From the NCBI GenBank assembly GCA_013239625.1, contig MU054757.1, positions 972,251-1,036,250 of the forward strand: 64,000 bases of DNA, written 5' to 3'. Below are positions 38,438-50,000 of the stretch, one piece after another (position 1 is the stretch's first letter; each line of letters opens with the position of its first letter). The position numbers and the translations under genes were made by a program. Origin of the DNA: Lama guanicoe (lineage: Eukaryota). A model generated the notes under the pieces. It did not search any database and was not told where the DNA came from. It was given only the letters and a program-made list of their open reading frames with translations.

Positions 38438-39902
38438 TTTCAACATATGAGCATTAACTTGAAATCAAATATATACATGTTGAGCACACAAAACAGAAGC
38501 ACCTTCATTTCAATACATGCAACCTATGATCCCTGTATTACCATGAAGACAGCAATAGTTCCTATTAGTCTTTCTTGCACGAAAAACAAGCAAGCTCATT
38601 TGCCTGGGTAATTTAATATTTCCCAGGCATATGCCAGAAATACTATTTTCTTTCCAGCCAAAGATTTCTTAACTCAATCAATGGCAGAAAGAATAACATT
38701 CACAAGGACCCAAACCATACTGATTGGTGGCACTCGCCGAGCCCATATCGCACGTCTTAGCAATGTTTGCTTAAAGGAAAGGAGCTCATTTTATTTATTG
38801 ATGTGTTTCTTGGCCAAGAATTAGGTAGTATTTTTTCCTCTTTTTTTTCATTGGCCAACATGAATTCTAAAGAATAAATATCCCCTCTTCTCAGCTCTAA
38901 ATGTAGTTATCCTTAAAACAGAGAACAAAGTTCTCACAAATGCATAGATCAGTTCATTTATCAGGAGCAGTTACTCTCAATTAATAAATTTTTAGAGAAG
39001 CGTGTTTTATTGGGAAACAACAAGACGCTTCCACTTTGATTAACTGAGCACACAAATACTCCATCACTCCTGAGACATGCACAGGCAGTGGATTCTAAAG
39101 AGATTCAGGCAGTATTTGTTGCATGCAATGAATTGGCTCTCTATAAATACCACCTCTATGAAACAAGGACAGTTACCACCCGTGACACCTAAATCCAAAC
39201 CATGTTTCCCAGAAAAGCTGAAAATGGAATTCTTGTTGATTGGACAGCTGTATATTGTGAAAGCAGACATTTGAAGGCTATGTTACACTTGGTTTGATGA
39301 AATAAAATAGAAAGGAAACAAGAGTGGAAATTAAAGGAACTGAGCTGAGGGATGATGCTTATTTTGTATGTTGTTTTGATATTAACTGCAAAGAGGCAAT
39401 ATAGCCCCATGTGTCATGCAGTCTTTGTTCCTCCAAACAACATTTTACCAGGAACCTATCACACTGCAATTTACATATTTATCCCGCATGTTAGTCAACC
39501 GAACAGGGCTCTGTATCCATGATGGATTTAGCCTGTAAATTGTTAGTTAATTGCTCGAGACCCAGAGAAATATTAGAAGCATGACCCCATCACTCTGGGC
39601 AGGACCATAAAACCTTGATGCACTGGTTCTAGCTGACCTTGGTTTCCCCCTATGGCAGAGAGAGATCTGACTTTCTTTCTCTTTTACACATCATTTGACA
39701 TGCTGTTGACTACAGAAGGTGTAAGAAATGTGATTCGGGGGGATAGAGAAAAAACAGTTTTTCACAGTTTGCCCCTTATCATGATGGTGTGCTGAGTGAC
39801 TCAGAAAAATTGCAGGGGGGGATCATGCTGCTTGTGAACTTCCTACTCCTACGTGAAATTCGTTTTTAAAGTCATCTGGGGCTCTCTTCACTACCTCAGA
39901 TG

Positions 39903-40107
39903 GGTGGTTCTCACTCCACTGGGGTGACTTTGCCCCCTAGGGACACATGGCAGTATCTGGAAACAGTTTCAGTTGGCACAACTGGGGGTGGGGGACAATG
40001 CTACTGACATCCAGATTCAAGGCCAGGGATTCTGCTAAACATCCTACAATGCACAGGACAGCTCCCCAGGACAAAGAATTATCCGGCCCCAAAATGTCGC
40101 TAGTGCT
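39903..40107 (+). mobile_element. MER20 MITE
   Basis: tttgccccctagggacacatggcagtatctggaaac...ggccagggattctgctaaacatcctacaatgcacaggacagc...gaattatccggccccaaaatgtc. Confidence 0.92.
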
Positions 40108-40255
40108 AGCATGCATCCCAATCTTCTGGAGGGCTGGTTAAAACACATTTTTCTGATTCAATAGATCTGGAGAGGGGCCCCCAATTTTCCATTTCCACCA
40201 AGCTCCCAGATAATGCTGCGGATGCTCATCCAGGGGTCAATCTGGGGAAGCACTG
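40108..40255. mobile_element. MER5A-type MITE fragment abutting MER20
   Basis: gggctggttaaaacaca...tctgattcaatagatctgg...accaagctcccagataatgctg...gaagcactg. Confidence 0.7.
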
Positions 40256-41316
40256 CTCCACATGGACTTCTATGATAACTCACGCCGCGGCCTCAGCAGA
40301 GGAACCAGCCAACCACACACTGAAAGCACTGCAACCAGCCAACCCAGGTTTGAAGACAAGGATGAACAGAAGCTCAGCTGCTTTTAAAATGAGTGAAACA
40401 GGCCTTGGAGAAAGAGAGGAGGATTCAAGCCCTGCCCTCAACTCCCAAGAACTCCAAGGTGGAGGAGGAAAACAAAAGCACTGTCTCCATTGTTGGAGGA
40501 AGTAGCAAAGGTCAGTCTCTTCTCATCCTCAGAAGAAACTGTGCTCACACTTGTTGATTACGGTCCTCTTGCAGAGAGATCACCACCCCGTTTATTCCCA
40601 CCGGTCAACACGAAAATTAACGAAGGACATAGTTCTGTTTTTGGCTGGGCAAGAAATTTCTGTTCAGAATTTCCTCATGTTCCCCGTCCTTAGAAAACCT
40701 CAGCTTTAGGCAAGAGACCAGCTTATCCCTCACTGGTTATTTTTTCTCCCTTTTCTCCACTTCACAAATAACCCCCAAGTCCACCCACAGGTTTAATGAC
40801 AATCCCGCGTCTCTGAACTTGGAGGACGAACGAAATAATCCAGAGGGAGTCAAGGTGTACTCTACGCCATGCTGCTGAGATATGAGGTCACCGAAACCAC
40901 CAGGTGGAGAGGAAACTAGAACTTGAACAATCAGAGGTTTGTGAGCTGAGTTAGAAGTGCCAAGAGGAGCATGAGGCCAGTTTTTAGAAAATGGAGAAAT
41001 GATGCAAATGATATCTAAGCTGAAGTTCTTCAGAGAAAGCTAATTCATGTACGGCTGGACACACTTCTCTGGGAGACCAAAACCTGAATGTGAACGGGGT
41101 CAGTCAGGAGCTGTGAGTTCGCCCTGCAGCCCACGTTTCCTTTGGGACAAACAGGCTGGCCCTAAGAATGATCAAAACCCAACTAATCATGCTTTCCTTG
41201 GCTTCCACTTCTACTAAGCTCCCTCAAAAGCTGAAGTTATTTTAGCCTTTGGATGTAACCTTATTATATGAAACAGAGAAAACCGAGAAGCTGACAGCTG
41301 TTAATAACCACCCGGC

Positions 41317-42032
41317 CCATGCTGTCCACTGTGGGAGCCCCCAGTCCCAGGTGACATTTGAGTCTTTTGAAATGTGGCCAGAGTGGACTGAGATGAGCTG
41401 TGAGGTTAACCACACACGCTGGACTTTTAAGATCTCAGTACGATAGAAAGAATGTAAAATACTTCATTGATTTAAAACATGTTGATAGATGTTAAGATAA
41501 TATTTTGGCTAGCTCAGGTTAAATAAAATGTATTATTGAAATTATTTACACCTGTGTTGCCGAAAAATCGGTCTCTGCACCCCGAAAAGCGTATTCAAAC
41601 TCAGAGGCAGAGTCTGGGTAGGACAGAAAAGAACAGCTTTATCGCTTTGCCCGGCAAAGGGAGTCACAGCAGGCGCGTGCCGTAAAGGCTGTGAGCCCAT
41701 CTTGGGGTTGGGATCTTGAGGTTTTATAGAAAAACTGGATGGAACAGAAAAGGTGATAACAATCAGGGCATTTTACAGGGGCTACATTCCTCTTAACCTC
41801 AAAGAATCGTCACGAGGAACTCTGGAGGGTTTGTCCGTTCTTCTGAGATTATCAGCCTGGAGCACAGCCTCTGGGTTAAAGTTATTCTCAGTAAAGAGTG
41901 AATCAGCAAACAGGTTCGCATCGGGGAAGTCAGTTTGTTTGCTTTATACTCCTTCACCTGTTTCTTTTTACCTTTCTTAATGTGTCTACCAGAAAACGTA
42001 TAATTATGTCGGTGGCTTGCATTATGTACTTT
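41317..42032. mobile_element. MER33 MITE split by a solo LTR
   Basis: gctgtccactgtgggagcc...tgaaatgtggccagag...gaatgtaaaatac...tttacacctg | cctgtttctttttac...gtggcttgcattat. Confidence 0.85.
41555..41956 (-). mobile_element. Solo ERV1-class LTR, 402 bp
   Basis: TG...CA termini, 4-bp TSD cctg (41551-41554, 41957-41960); minus-strand TATAAAA and downstream GATAAA polyA-like signal; retains many CpGs. Confidence 0.85.
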
Positions 42033-42034
42033 GT

Positions 42035-42781
42035 CTTAAAAAGACAGATTGTTGAGATATTTACACAGCATCCCCCCCTTTAAGTGTAGAACTCAGTTGT
42101 TTTTACTATATTAAGAGTTCTGCGGTCATCACCATTTTCTATTTTTAGAACATTTTCATCGCCCCCCCAAAATAACCCTGTACCCATCAGCGATCATTCC
42201 CCATTCTCTCCTCCCTGTGGCCCCTGGAAATCTTTCTGTCTCTATGGAGTGGCCTATTCTGGGTATTTCTGATAAATAAAAGCATACAATTTGTGATTTT
42301 TTGCAATTAGCTTCTTTCACATATCATACAATGTTTTCTAGGTTCATTCATGTTGTAGCATATAACAATATTTCATTCCTTCCTATGGCCAAATGATCTT
42401 GCATTGCATGGACGGGCCACATTTTGTTTATCCACTCATCAGTTCAGGGACACCTGTGTTGTTTACACTTTTTGGCTACTCTGAATACTGCTGCAATGAA
42501 CGTTTATGTGCAGGTTTTTGTGTGGACATGTTTTCGCCTCACATGGGTACATACCTAGGAGTCCAATGGCTGGGTCCTATGGTAATTCTATGTTTTATAT
42601 TTTGAGGAACTGCCAAAAAGTTTCCCAAGCCAGCTGCACCATTTTCTATTCCCAGCAGCTGTGTGTGAGGGTTCCAATGATCCCACTTCATCACCGACAC
42701 TTGTTATTGTCTAACTTGTCTCATGTTATGATTTTGAAGGAATGTGAAGTGGTATCTCATTACGGTCTTGATTGCACATTT
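42035..42781 (-). mobile_element. L1MB-type 3' end
   Basis: gttgagatat...taagtgtagaactcag...tttagaacattttcatc...ttctaggttcattcatgttgtagcat...tttgaggaactgccaaa. Confidence 0.9.
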
Positions 42782-43212
42782 TTATTGGACGGTTCTGGGT
42801 TAGGCAGTCTTTGCAGAGCAGCTATAAGTACTTGAATTTGTCAAATCTGCAGGGACAATTTGGCTTCATTACCTGCATCCTCGATGTTAATTTTCTGTCT
42901 CCTGGCTTCCCCTCCCACCTAAAGACCACGTGTTTCCACAGCAGTGTTCATAACCAGCAGAGGTCCCATGACCAACAGAGCAAATATTAATTATGCTGGG
43001 ACTACAGGCATCAGCCAAAACTGTCCCAGCCAACCGGGACATGTGGTTGCCCTGCTTCTCTCCCACTTGTGGCACACAGGTTGGGAGCTCACTCTTGAAA
43101 GCTGTGCCTCTCCAGAAGCAGCTCATCAGGCTGCCCTGGGAAACATCCCAACCACCCACATTCTTATGGCCAAAGGCACTGGGGAGCTTTGTGTTCCCAA
43201 ACTATTTTGATG

Positions 43213-43338
43213 GGGGAGAGGGTGCAGGTCAGTGGTAGAGCGTGTGCTTAGTACGCGCGAGGTTCTGGGTTCAATCCCCAGTACCTCCATTAAAAAATAA
43301 TTAAATAAACCTAATTTACCACCCCCCAAAAAACCCTA
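43213..43338 (+). mobile_element. Camelid tRNA-Ala-derived SINE
   Basis: cagtggtagagcgtgtgcttag...gggttcaatccccagtacctcc; perfect 16-bp TSD ccaaactattttgatg (43197-43212, 43339-43354). Confidence 0.95.
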
Positions 43339-43366
43339 CCAAACTATTTTGATGAGAAATGCTACC

Positions 43367-43385
43367 TACTGCCACCTACTGGTCA
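43367..43385 (-). promoter_or_regulatory. Candidate CTCF binding site
   Basis: Minus strand TGACCAGTAGGTGGCAGTA; core CCAGTAGGTGGCAG matches CCASYAGRKGGCRS with no mismatch. Confidence 0.6.
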
Positions 43386-44368
43386 GTTTCAAAATCTGTG
43401 GTTCCACTAAAATAATCATCTTGGATGGAAATTCTGGGAGGGAGGGGTGGTTCTTAACAATTAAAGGCATGTCATCATCATGGTGACAACCTGAGTACCT
43501 GGTAGCTGACAGAAGCAGATCCCTATTGAGTTGAGAGATCATGTTCTATATTTTATTCCTACCGAGTTCCTCACCGAGTTCTTAAAACGAAATCTCCCAT
43601 GTGGCTTGCCAAAGACTCTTTTCCTCTTCCCCTAGCTTCTCGGTTTGCTCCTTTTCATCTCTAAATAATTCATAAGGCAGTGGAAAAATGCCCCGCCCCA
43701 TCAGCCTATCATCTTGCATCCTGGGAGTCTCAGGATCCAGTGAGGGGGAGTGAGTACGGTATTAGAGGATCCTTTCGTTGGGGAGGTAGTATTTGAAGGA
43801 AAGAGAAGGGGCAAAAAGCAAACAAGAAAACAAGATAAATGATGATTTCAACAGACATGCTCTTTTCCCGTTGTGTACTTTGTGTACTTAACTATTTTTA
43901 ATTGTAATATTTAGAATTTTATAGGCCAAGCAGAACATACAGCCTCCTGGGGGAGACTTCCTCTAAATTATAGGGCTTATTAATGTGCAATTTGGACATC
44001 AGTTTAAGTCCATTCAACTTCTCTGGACAATTTTTCAGACAAAGCCATGGAGCACTTCTTGGGCTTCCAAATTATGCCCGGTAGTTTCCCCAGGAGATGC
44101 CCTTCCAGGGCTGGCGCTTGTCTGTTTACGGCTGCCTCCAGCCGGGCTTTCAGCGGCATGGTAAGGAGGGGGTTTCTCTGGAGGGGCTGTTTCTCCCTGG
44201 ATTCAAGGAAAGCTCTTTGGGTTTTTGTTTGTTTGTTTTTTTAAAGATACAAGCAAATAAAACGGACACTTCCCAATGTCCTAAATGAGCAGCAGGATTT
44301 AGAAAAGAACTCTTAGAATTATGATACTTTACTTTTGGGGGAGTAGGGTCTTCTATCTCTTTGGTTTC

Positions 44369-44745
44369 TATTACGGACTGAATGTTTGTGTCACCCTCTG
44401 CCCCCACCCCAATTCATACGTTGAAATTCTAACCCCTAACGTGATGATGTTAGGAGGTGGGGCTTCTGGGAAGTGATTTAAATGATGAAGGATGGAGCCC
44501 TCTTGAATGGGATTAGTGCCCTTATAAAAGAGATCCCAGAGAGCTCTCTCGCCTTCCTCCATGTGAGGCCCCAAAGAGAAGACAGCTGTCTATGAACCGG
44601 GAAATGAGCTGTCACCAGGCAACAACTCTGCTGGCACCTTGATCTTAAACTTCCAGCCTCCAGAACTACAAGAAATAAATTTCTATTGTTTCTAAGCCAC
44701 CTCATCTATGGTATTCTGTCACAGCAGCCCAAATGGACTAAGACA
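44369..44745 (+). mobile_element. MLT1A-type MaLR solo LTR
   Basis: ggactgaatgtttgtgtc...gatggagccctcttgaatgggattagtgcccttataaaag...cttccagcctccagaact...ggactaagaca; 5-bp TSD gtttc. Confidence 0.92.
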
Positions 44746-44829
44746 GTTTCTTAACTGAGGGTCCTGTCTCCCCTTGCCCTTCAATCTGTTGTTCCTGCCA
44801 TTCTTAGCCTTCTGCAGTTTACAGAGCAG

Positions 44830-45290
44830 TGTAGTGGACAGTGTTGGCACTCTTCCCAGGTTTCCTTAGATCTCTTCCTCAAGGATTCTGTTGATGCCTC
44901 CCTGCTGTTCCACCCTCCCCCCTACATGTGCTTTCCTTTTCAATGATCTGCAGCAACAGATCTTCTGTGAAGGGCTCTCCTGGGGCCCTTGGCTCTGCTT
45001 TGCCAAGTACTATAGAGAGCCAGAAGTACCCGTTAACCAGTAACTGAGAGGTACAGGGAATATCAAAATCCAGCTTCCCCACCACTGGTCGAGCCCCATC
45101 TGCACAGTTCCTCACACTGCAGAGCCTCCTGTGTGATCAGGCTGGGTCCCCCTGCAGGATGTGGCTGCAACTGTACATCTGCTTGACTCCCTCCTTCCCT
45201 CTTCTCTTCCGTTCTCAGGACTCTCACAACCCACCCTGGGAGCAATTCTTTAATAAACCATCAGAATACAAATCCTCAAGTCAAGGTCAC
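44830..45290 (+). mobile_element. LTR16-family ERVL LTR
   Basis: tgtagtggacagtgttgg...gagccagaagtacc...cagagcctcctgtgtgatcaggctg...ccctgggagcaattctttaataaacc...aaatcctc. Confidence 0.65.
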
Positions 45291-45312
45291 GCTAATATAT
45301 GTTATCTCTCTG

Positions 45313-45488
45313 TAGGGTTGCAAAGAAAATATAGGACACCCAGTTAAATTTGAATTTCAGACACACAACAGATTAGTTAGTATAAATATGTCATATGCAA
45401 TATTTGAGACATACTTATACTAAATAGTTACCTGAAATACAAATATAACTGGCAACTGTACCGTTATTTTTTAAATCTGGCAACCTTA
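45313..45488. mobile_element. MER53 palindromic hAT MITE
   Basis: tagggttgc...ggacacccagttaaatttgaatttcaga...tagtataaatatgtc...gacatacttatacta...aatctggcaacctta. Confidence 0.9.
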
Positions 45489-45494
45489 TCTATT

Positions 45495-45610
45495 AGAACC
45501 TCACAGCAACTTGTTGAGATCATTATTTCCATTTTAGAGATGAAAAAACTTAAGTTTGGTGAAGTCTAGTGACTTTTTGAATGTCATTCAGGAGTTGGCA
45601 GTTTTTTGAT
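45495..45610 (-). mobile_element. MIR fragment
   Basis: cctcacagcaac...ccattttagagatgaaaaaacttaag...gtgact. Confidence 0.6.
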
Positions 45611-46698
45611 TCACGTGTGGGAAATTTTTACTGTTTTGGTTTTTTTAGTCTCATTTTCTTAGAACTCTGCACTTTTCAACCTCCATGGTGGAAAAGCAAA
45701 GTTACCAAATGAATTCAAACCTAGGTTCCAGCGGCCAATAATCATTTGGTGTGCTGAGCCAACTCAGAAGAGGACATTTTAACCAATAGCGTCTTACTGG
45801 GGAAATGTGAATTGTTCACAGCGGAAACATCTCATCTGCTGACAGGTGACCTTCTCCCGACCCTCATTCAGTATAAGTGATGCCTTTCCTTTGTCTTTGA
45901 ATAAGGCTGGATATAATTACAAGGGTTATAATAGAGAAGAAAATGAAATCAGCTCTGGACTTCATTAGTTCAGAACATTAAAAAAGAAAAAAATCCAGCT
46001 CTAGTTACACCATGGCTCTTGCTGCGATTATGCATGACTGTTCCCATGGGAAATAGTACAGCGTGAAGGCTGGGGGCTCTGGCTCTGAGGTCCATCACAT
46101 ACGGGTTCAAGCCGCACAGGTCTGAGATTTTCATCTGTTTGCAGGCTGCCAGAATAGTCTGCTACAGTGTCATGTTTGCTTGGCGAAGACATGAGACTCC
46201 CGGGTCAGAGAAAAAAGAATTTATTACTTACAGCAACCAGAGTGTCAGCATTTGTTCAGCCTCAGTACTTCCATTTTAAAAATTAAAAATAAATAAATAA
46301 ATAAAAGCAGCTGTGGGACTAGAAAGTGCCTTGAGTGTGGCCTCAGAATCCCACGTTTTATCACCCCACTCATTTAGCAAATATGTATCCAGCACCTACC
46401 ACCTCACAACGGTCTGTGATGTGCTGGATTCCGCCCAGAGTGCCTGGTTGAATCTAACTTTCCTTACTTGAGAGACATCCTGAATCCCTGGGGCGTTTTC
46501 CTCTCTAAAATAAGAGAAACTATACTTTCTCCAAACTGTTATTAGGACTGATGAGATAATAGATGAGAAACTACTTTTAAATCTTTAAAGTGAAATATAC
46601 ATTTACTTTTCCCACAACACTCTTTTCAGCAAGGGGCTGGCATATAACCCTCTGAATCTAGTATTGCTCAAATTTTATTAATTGATGAACATACTTTA

Positions 46699-46872
46699 CT
46701 TTTTTTCTTATTGAAGTATAGTCAGTTTACCATGTGTCAATCTCCAGTGTACAGCATAATACTTCAGTCATACATGAATATACATATATTCATTTTCATA
46801 TTCTTTTTCACCATAAGCTACTATAAGATATTGAATATAGTTCCCTGTGCTACACACTATAAACTTGTTTAT
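46699..46872 (-). mobile_element. Short artiodactyl/camelid L1 3' end
   Basis: ttgaagtatagtcagtttac...gatattgaatatagttccctgtgctac; 13-bp TSD tgaacatacttta (46686-46698, 46873-46885). Confidence 0.9.
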
Positions 46873-47449
46873 TGAACATACTTTAAAATGACCAAGGAAG
46901 CAGAACAATTTTATAACCAATACCAAACTGCATAAAGGATGAGAGAGAAGGTAAGGTTATTTCACTGACAGTCTGCTCTTGGATTTCTAATTTCACAGTC
47001 TTTGTGTGCTGTGTAAACTTCAACTGACTCTACTGAAACAGCAGGAATAGTTGACTTCATCAGGTCATCTGAAAATCCTCTGTGGATTGCTTTGCTGATA
47101 CTCTCAGTAGTTAAATAAAATAGTTGGATATAATCCAAAAAGCTTTTAATTCTTTTTAGGGCTGGCAAATCACAAAATAATAAATCCTTAAAGACCAGAG
47201 ACAGCCTTATTTATTACTCTCTCTTATTTTCTAGGCTTAGGTAAACGATGATTGGAAGTATCCACACACTGTCTTTCAACAGTAAGTTTTTGATCCTTGG
47301 TCCTGAACAGAACTCACAAAATTCTATTCTATTTTGAAATTACAGGTAATCAAGGGACTTTCAATGCATAATATGACTGGTTCCTTTGTGAACTCTTGAA
47401 GAAGACTTAAATTTATATACACTTAGGAAAGAGTCACTTAAGTCTTCAC

Positions 47450-47879
47450 ATAGTTTATAGGAAACTTAATAAAATCAAGCATAATGGCGGCATCATGAAA
47501 GGAAAAAAGGCAAAGACATACCTATGAGACACAGATGAAGAAGGAGCAATATCACATTTCTCATCATGGAAGTAAATTCCAGAAGACAATGGAGTAAGAT
47601 CTTTCAAGACCTAAGTAAAACTGTAACACTGAGAAAGTTCTGAGGGATAAAAACCTAGAACCCCCAAAACAGCATTCAAGAGTAAGAATTAAAGACATTT
47701 TCAGACACATTAGAACTCAGAAAGTTTGCCACTGATGGACCACAACTGGGAGGAAAAGTTAGGACTGATGCCAATATAACTGAAACAAATAAAAGAAGCA
47801 AAGAATGGGAGAGACATACAAGTAGAAAAAAGAATAAAAGAAAATAAATTGCTAAAGCAAAATAAGTACTGTATGGAAA

Positions 47880-47923
<44 letters not shown>

Positions 47924-50000
47924 AGTAATAAGTTAGGATAACAATTCTCAAGTCCATGTAATACTAGCTTGGGAGTCAGGGGTAGGTTCCAGGCTGGGAA
48001 TATGTTAGGAAGCTAAAGTGTCCTGCTTGGGAGGGCCAATACTGATTAGCTTTAAATTTTGCTAGAAAAAATATTAAAGTGTGCTTGTTAATTATAAAAA
48101 AGATAGGCAAAAAATAATAAAAATGGAATGCATAGCTTCTAAGCAGTAAAAAAAGGAACAATTCAATCAACCTAGCAGAAATCAGAAAATTTAAAAAAAA
48201 CATAAAAATAAAAATAAAGAGACAGAAGATACAAGAACTAAGTTCAACTATTTCAATAACCATAATACATATGAATCAGTTAAACTCACATACTAAAGAT
48301 TTTTAAAAACTCATCTACATATTAGGACAAAATAATTCTCTCTTAATTTTAAAGATCTGATTTCCTACCCTCTATAATTAATCATCACAACACAATATAA
48401 ACAAATGAAAAGACTTCAAGTCCAAAATATTGAACAACTGAAATTTATGTCTAAATAATTCATGGTTAGTGAAGAAAGAAAAACAAGTATTATACAATAT
48501 TTAGAAGAGAATTATAATGAAAGCCAGTTCATAACAAAATTAGTGGAATGAGCTAAAGCAGCACTTTCATGTTTTAAGTATTTTTTAAAAAGGGAAAGGA
48601 ACTAAACAGAACTTAAGTGACCAACTCACAAAACTAGAGTATGCCAAATGAAGCAAGAGGAAGAAAATGAAAGATAAGAGGAGAAGTTAGAATGGAAAAA
48701 ACCAACCAAACCAACCCCTATGAGTTGTTCAATAAAGCTAATGTTGGTTCTACAAAAGCCTAACGAAATAAATTAAAAACGAGTGAAAACAAGACAGAGG
48801 CAAAAATAGTAATATCACAGATGAAGGGCATAAGTACAGATGCTGTAGTGATTTCAGAAATTGTACAAGAACACCATACACGCTTTTAAGCCAATAAATG
48901 TAAAACTTAGGAAATAAATCTCTACAAAGACAGCAATAACTGGAAGATGCAACAGACCAGTGAAGAGAAAAACCAACCAGTAGTCCAAGTTCCTGCAGAA
49001 ACTCCACCACGTCTAGTGACATTACTGGAGAATTTAAACTTATAATAAAATGATTCCTATCTTACAGTAACTATTTTATATTCTGTAAAAAGATGTCCAG
49101 CCTGCCAACCTGATTCAAGAGGCTAGCATAACTATGAAACCAAAATCAAAGAAAAGTAATGTAAGAAAAAAAGACTAAACTTATTTATGAATTCCGATGA
49201 AAAAATAATCCTAATCAAGGTAGAAAGAGCATTTACTATAATTTAACATTTAATCAATTTATAGCAAACTAGGAAAGAAGGAAAATTCCTAAGTCAATGA
49301 GAGGGAACCTACTAAAAACGTACAGAAAATAACCTACTTAATAGTTAAATTTAAGATGTATTCCAGTGAATATCCAGAAATAGCTAAAAATATCTGCTGT
49401 CAGCATATATTCAACATATATGCAACATTGTACTGGAGATTCCAGCCAAAAAAGTGATTTTCAAAACTGGGAAAAGGTTTTAGGGTTATAAATAAGGGAC
49501 AATATTTCCATTATTTAAAGACAATGTACTACTTAAGATAATCAGTGCATAATTAGAAGTCATATGAGAATTCAGCACATGGCCGGTGACAAGATTAACA
49601 TACAAGAATCAGTAAGAACCCAAATGTCACATTCTAACCTGTTAGAATATGTAATAGAAAACTAGATCCCTTTTTGAATAATAAGAAAAACTATTAAATA
49701 TCTTGGCATGAATCTAATAAAAAATGTATGTTATGAAGAAAGCATTCATGAGGAATCATATAGGAAGAAACGTATAAAATGCTAACAGAAATAAAAGGAC
49801 CTCAGCAGCATTCTATGTTCAAGGATGAGAAGGATTAACTCCAACAAAGGATCAATTCTTCTCAGTTATTTTGACTAAAACCCCAACCCAAATCTGAAAA
49901 GGACTTTTGCTGGCACTTGGCTATAATAAATTAAAATTACTACAGGCCAATAAATGTGCAAGAATAGCAAGAGTGCTTTTTTTAAAGCAAACTTGTATAT
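47450..50000 (+). mobile_element. Highly decayed ancient L1 (ORF1/ORF2 remnants)
   Basis: A-rich; motifs aaagacattttcagaca, attcaagaggctagcataact, caacattgtactggagattccagcc, acaagattaacatacaagaatcagta. Confidence 0.75.
47882..47919 (+). repeat. (GT)19 microsatellite
   Basis: Direct reading. Confidence 0.95.
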
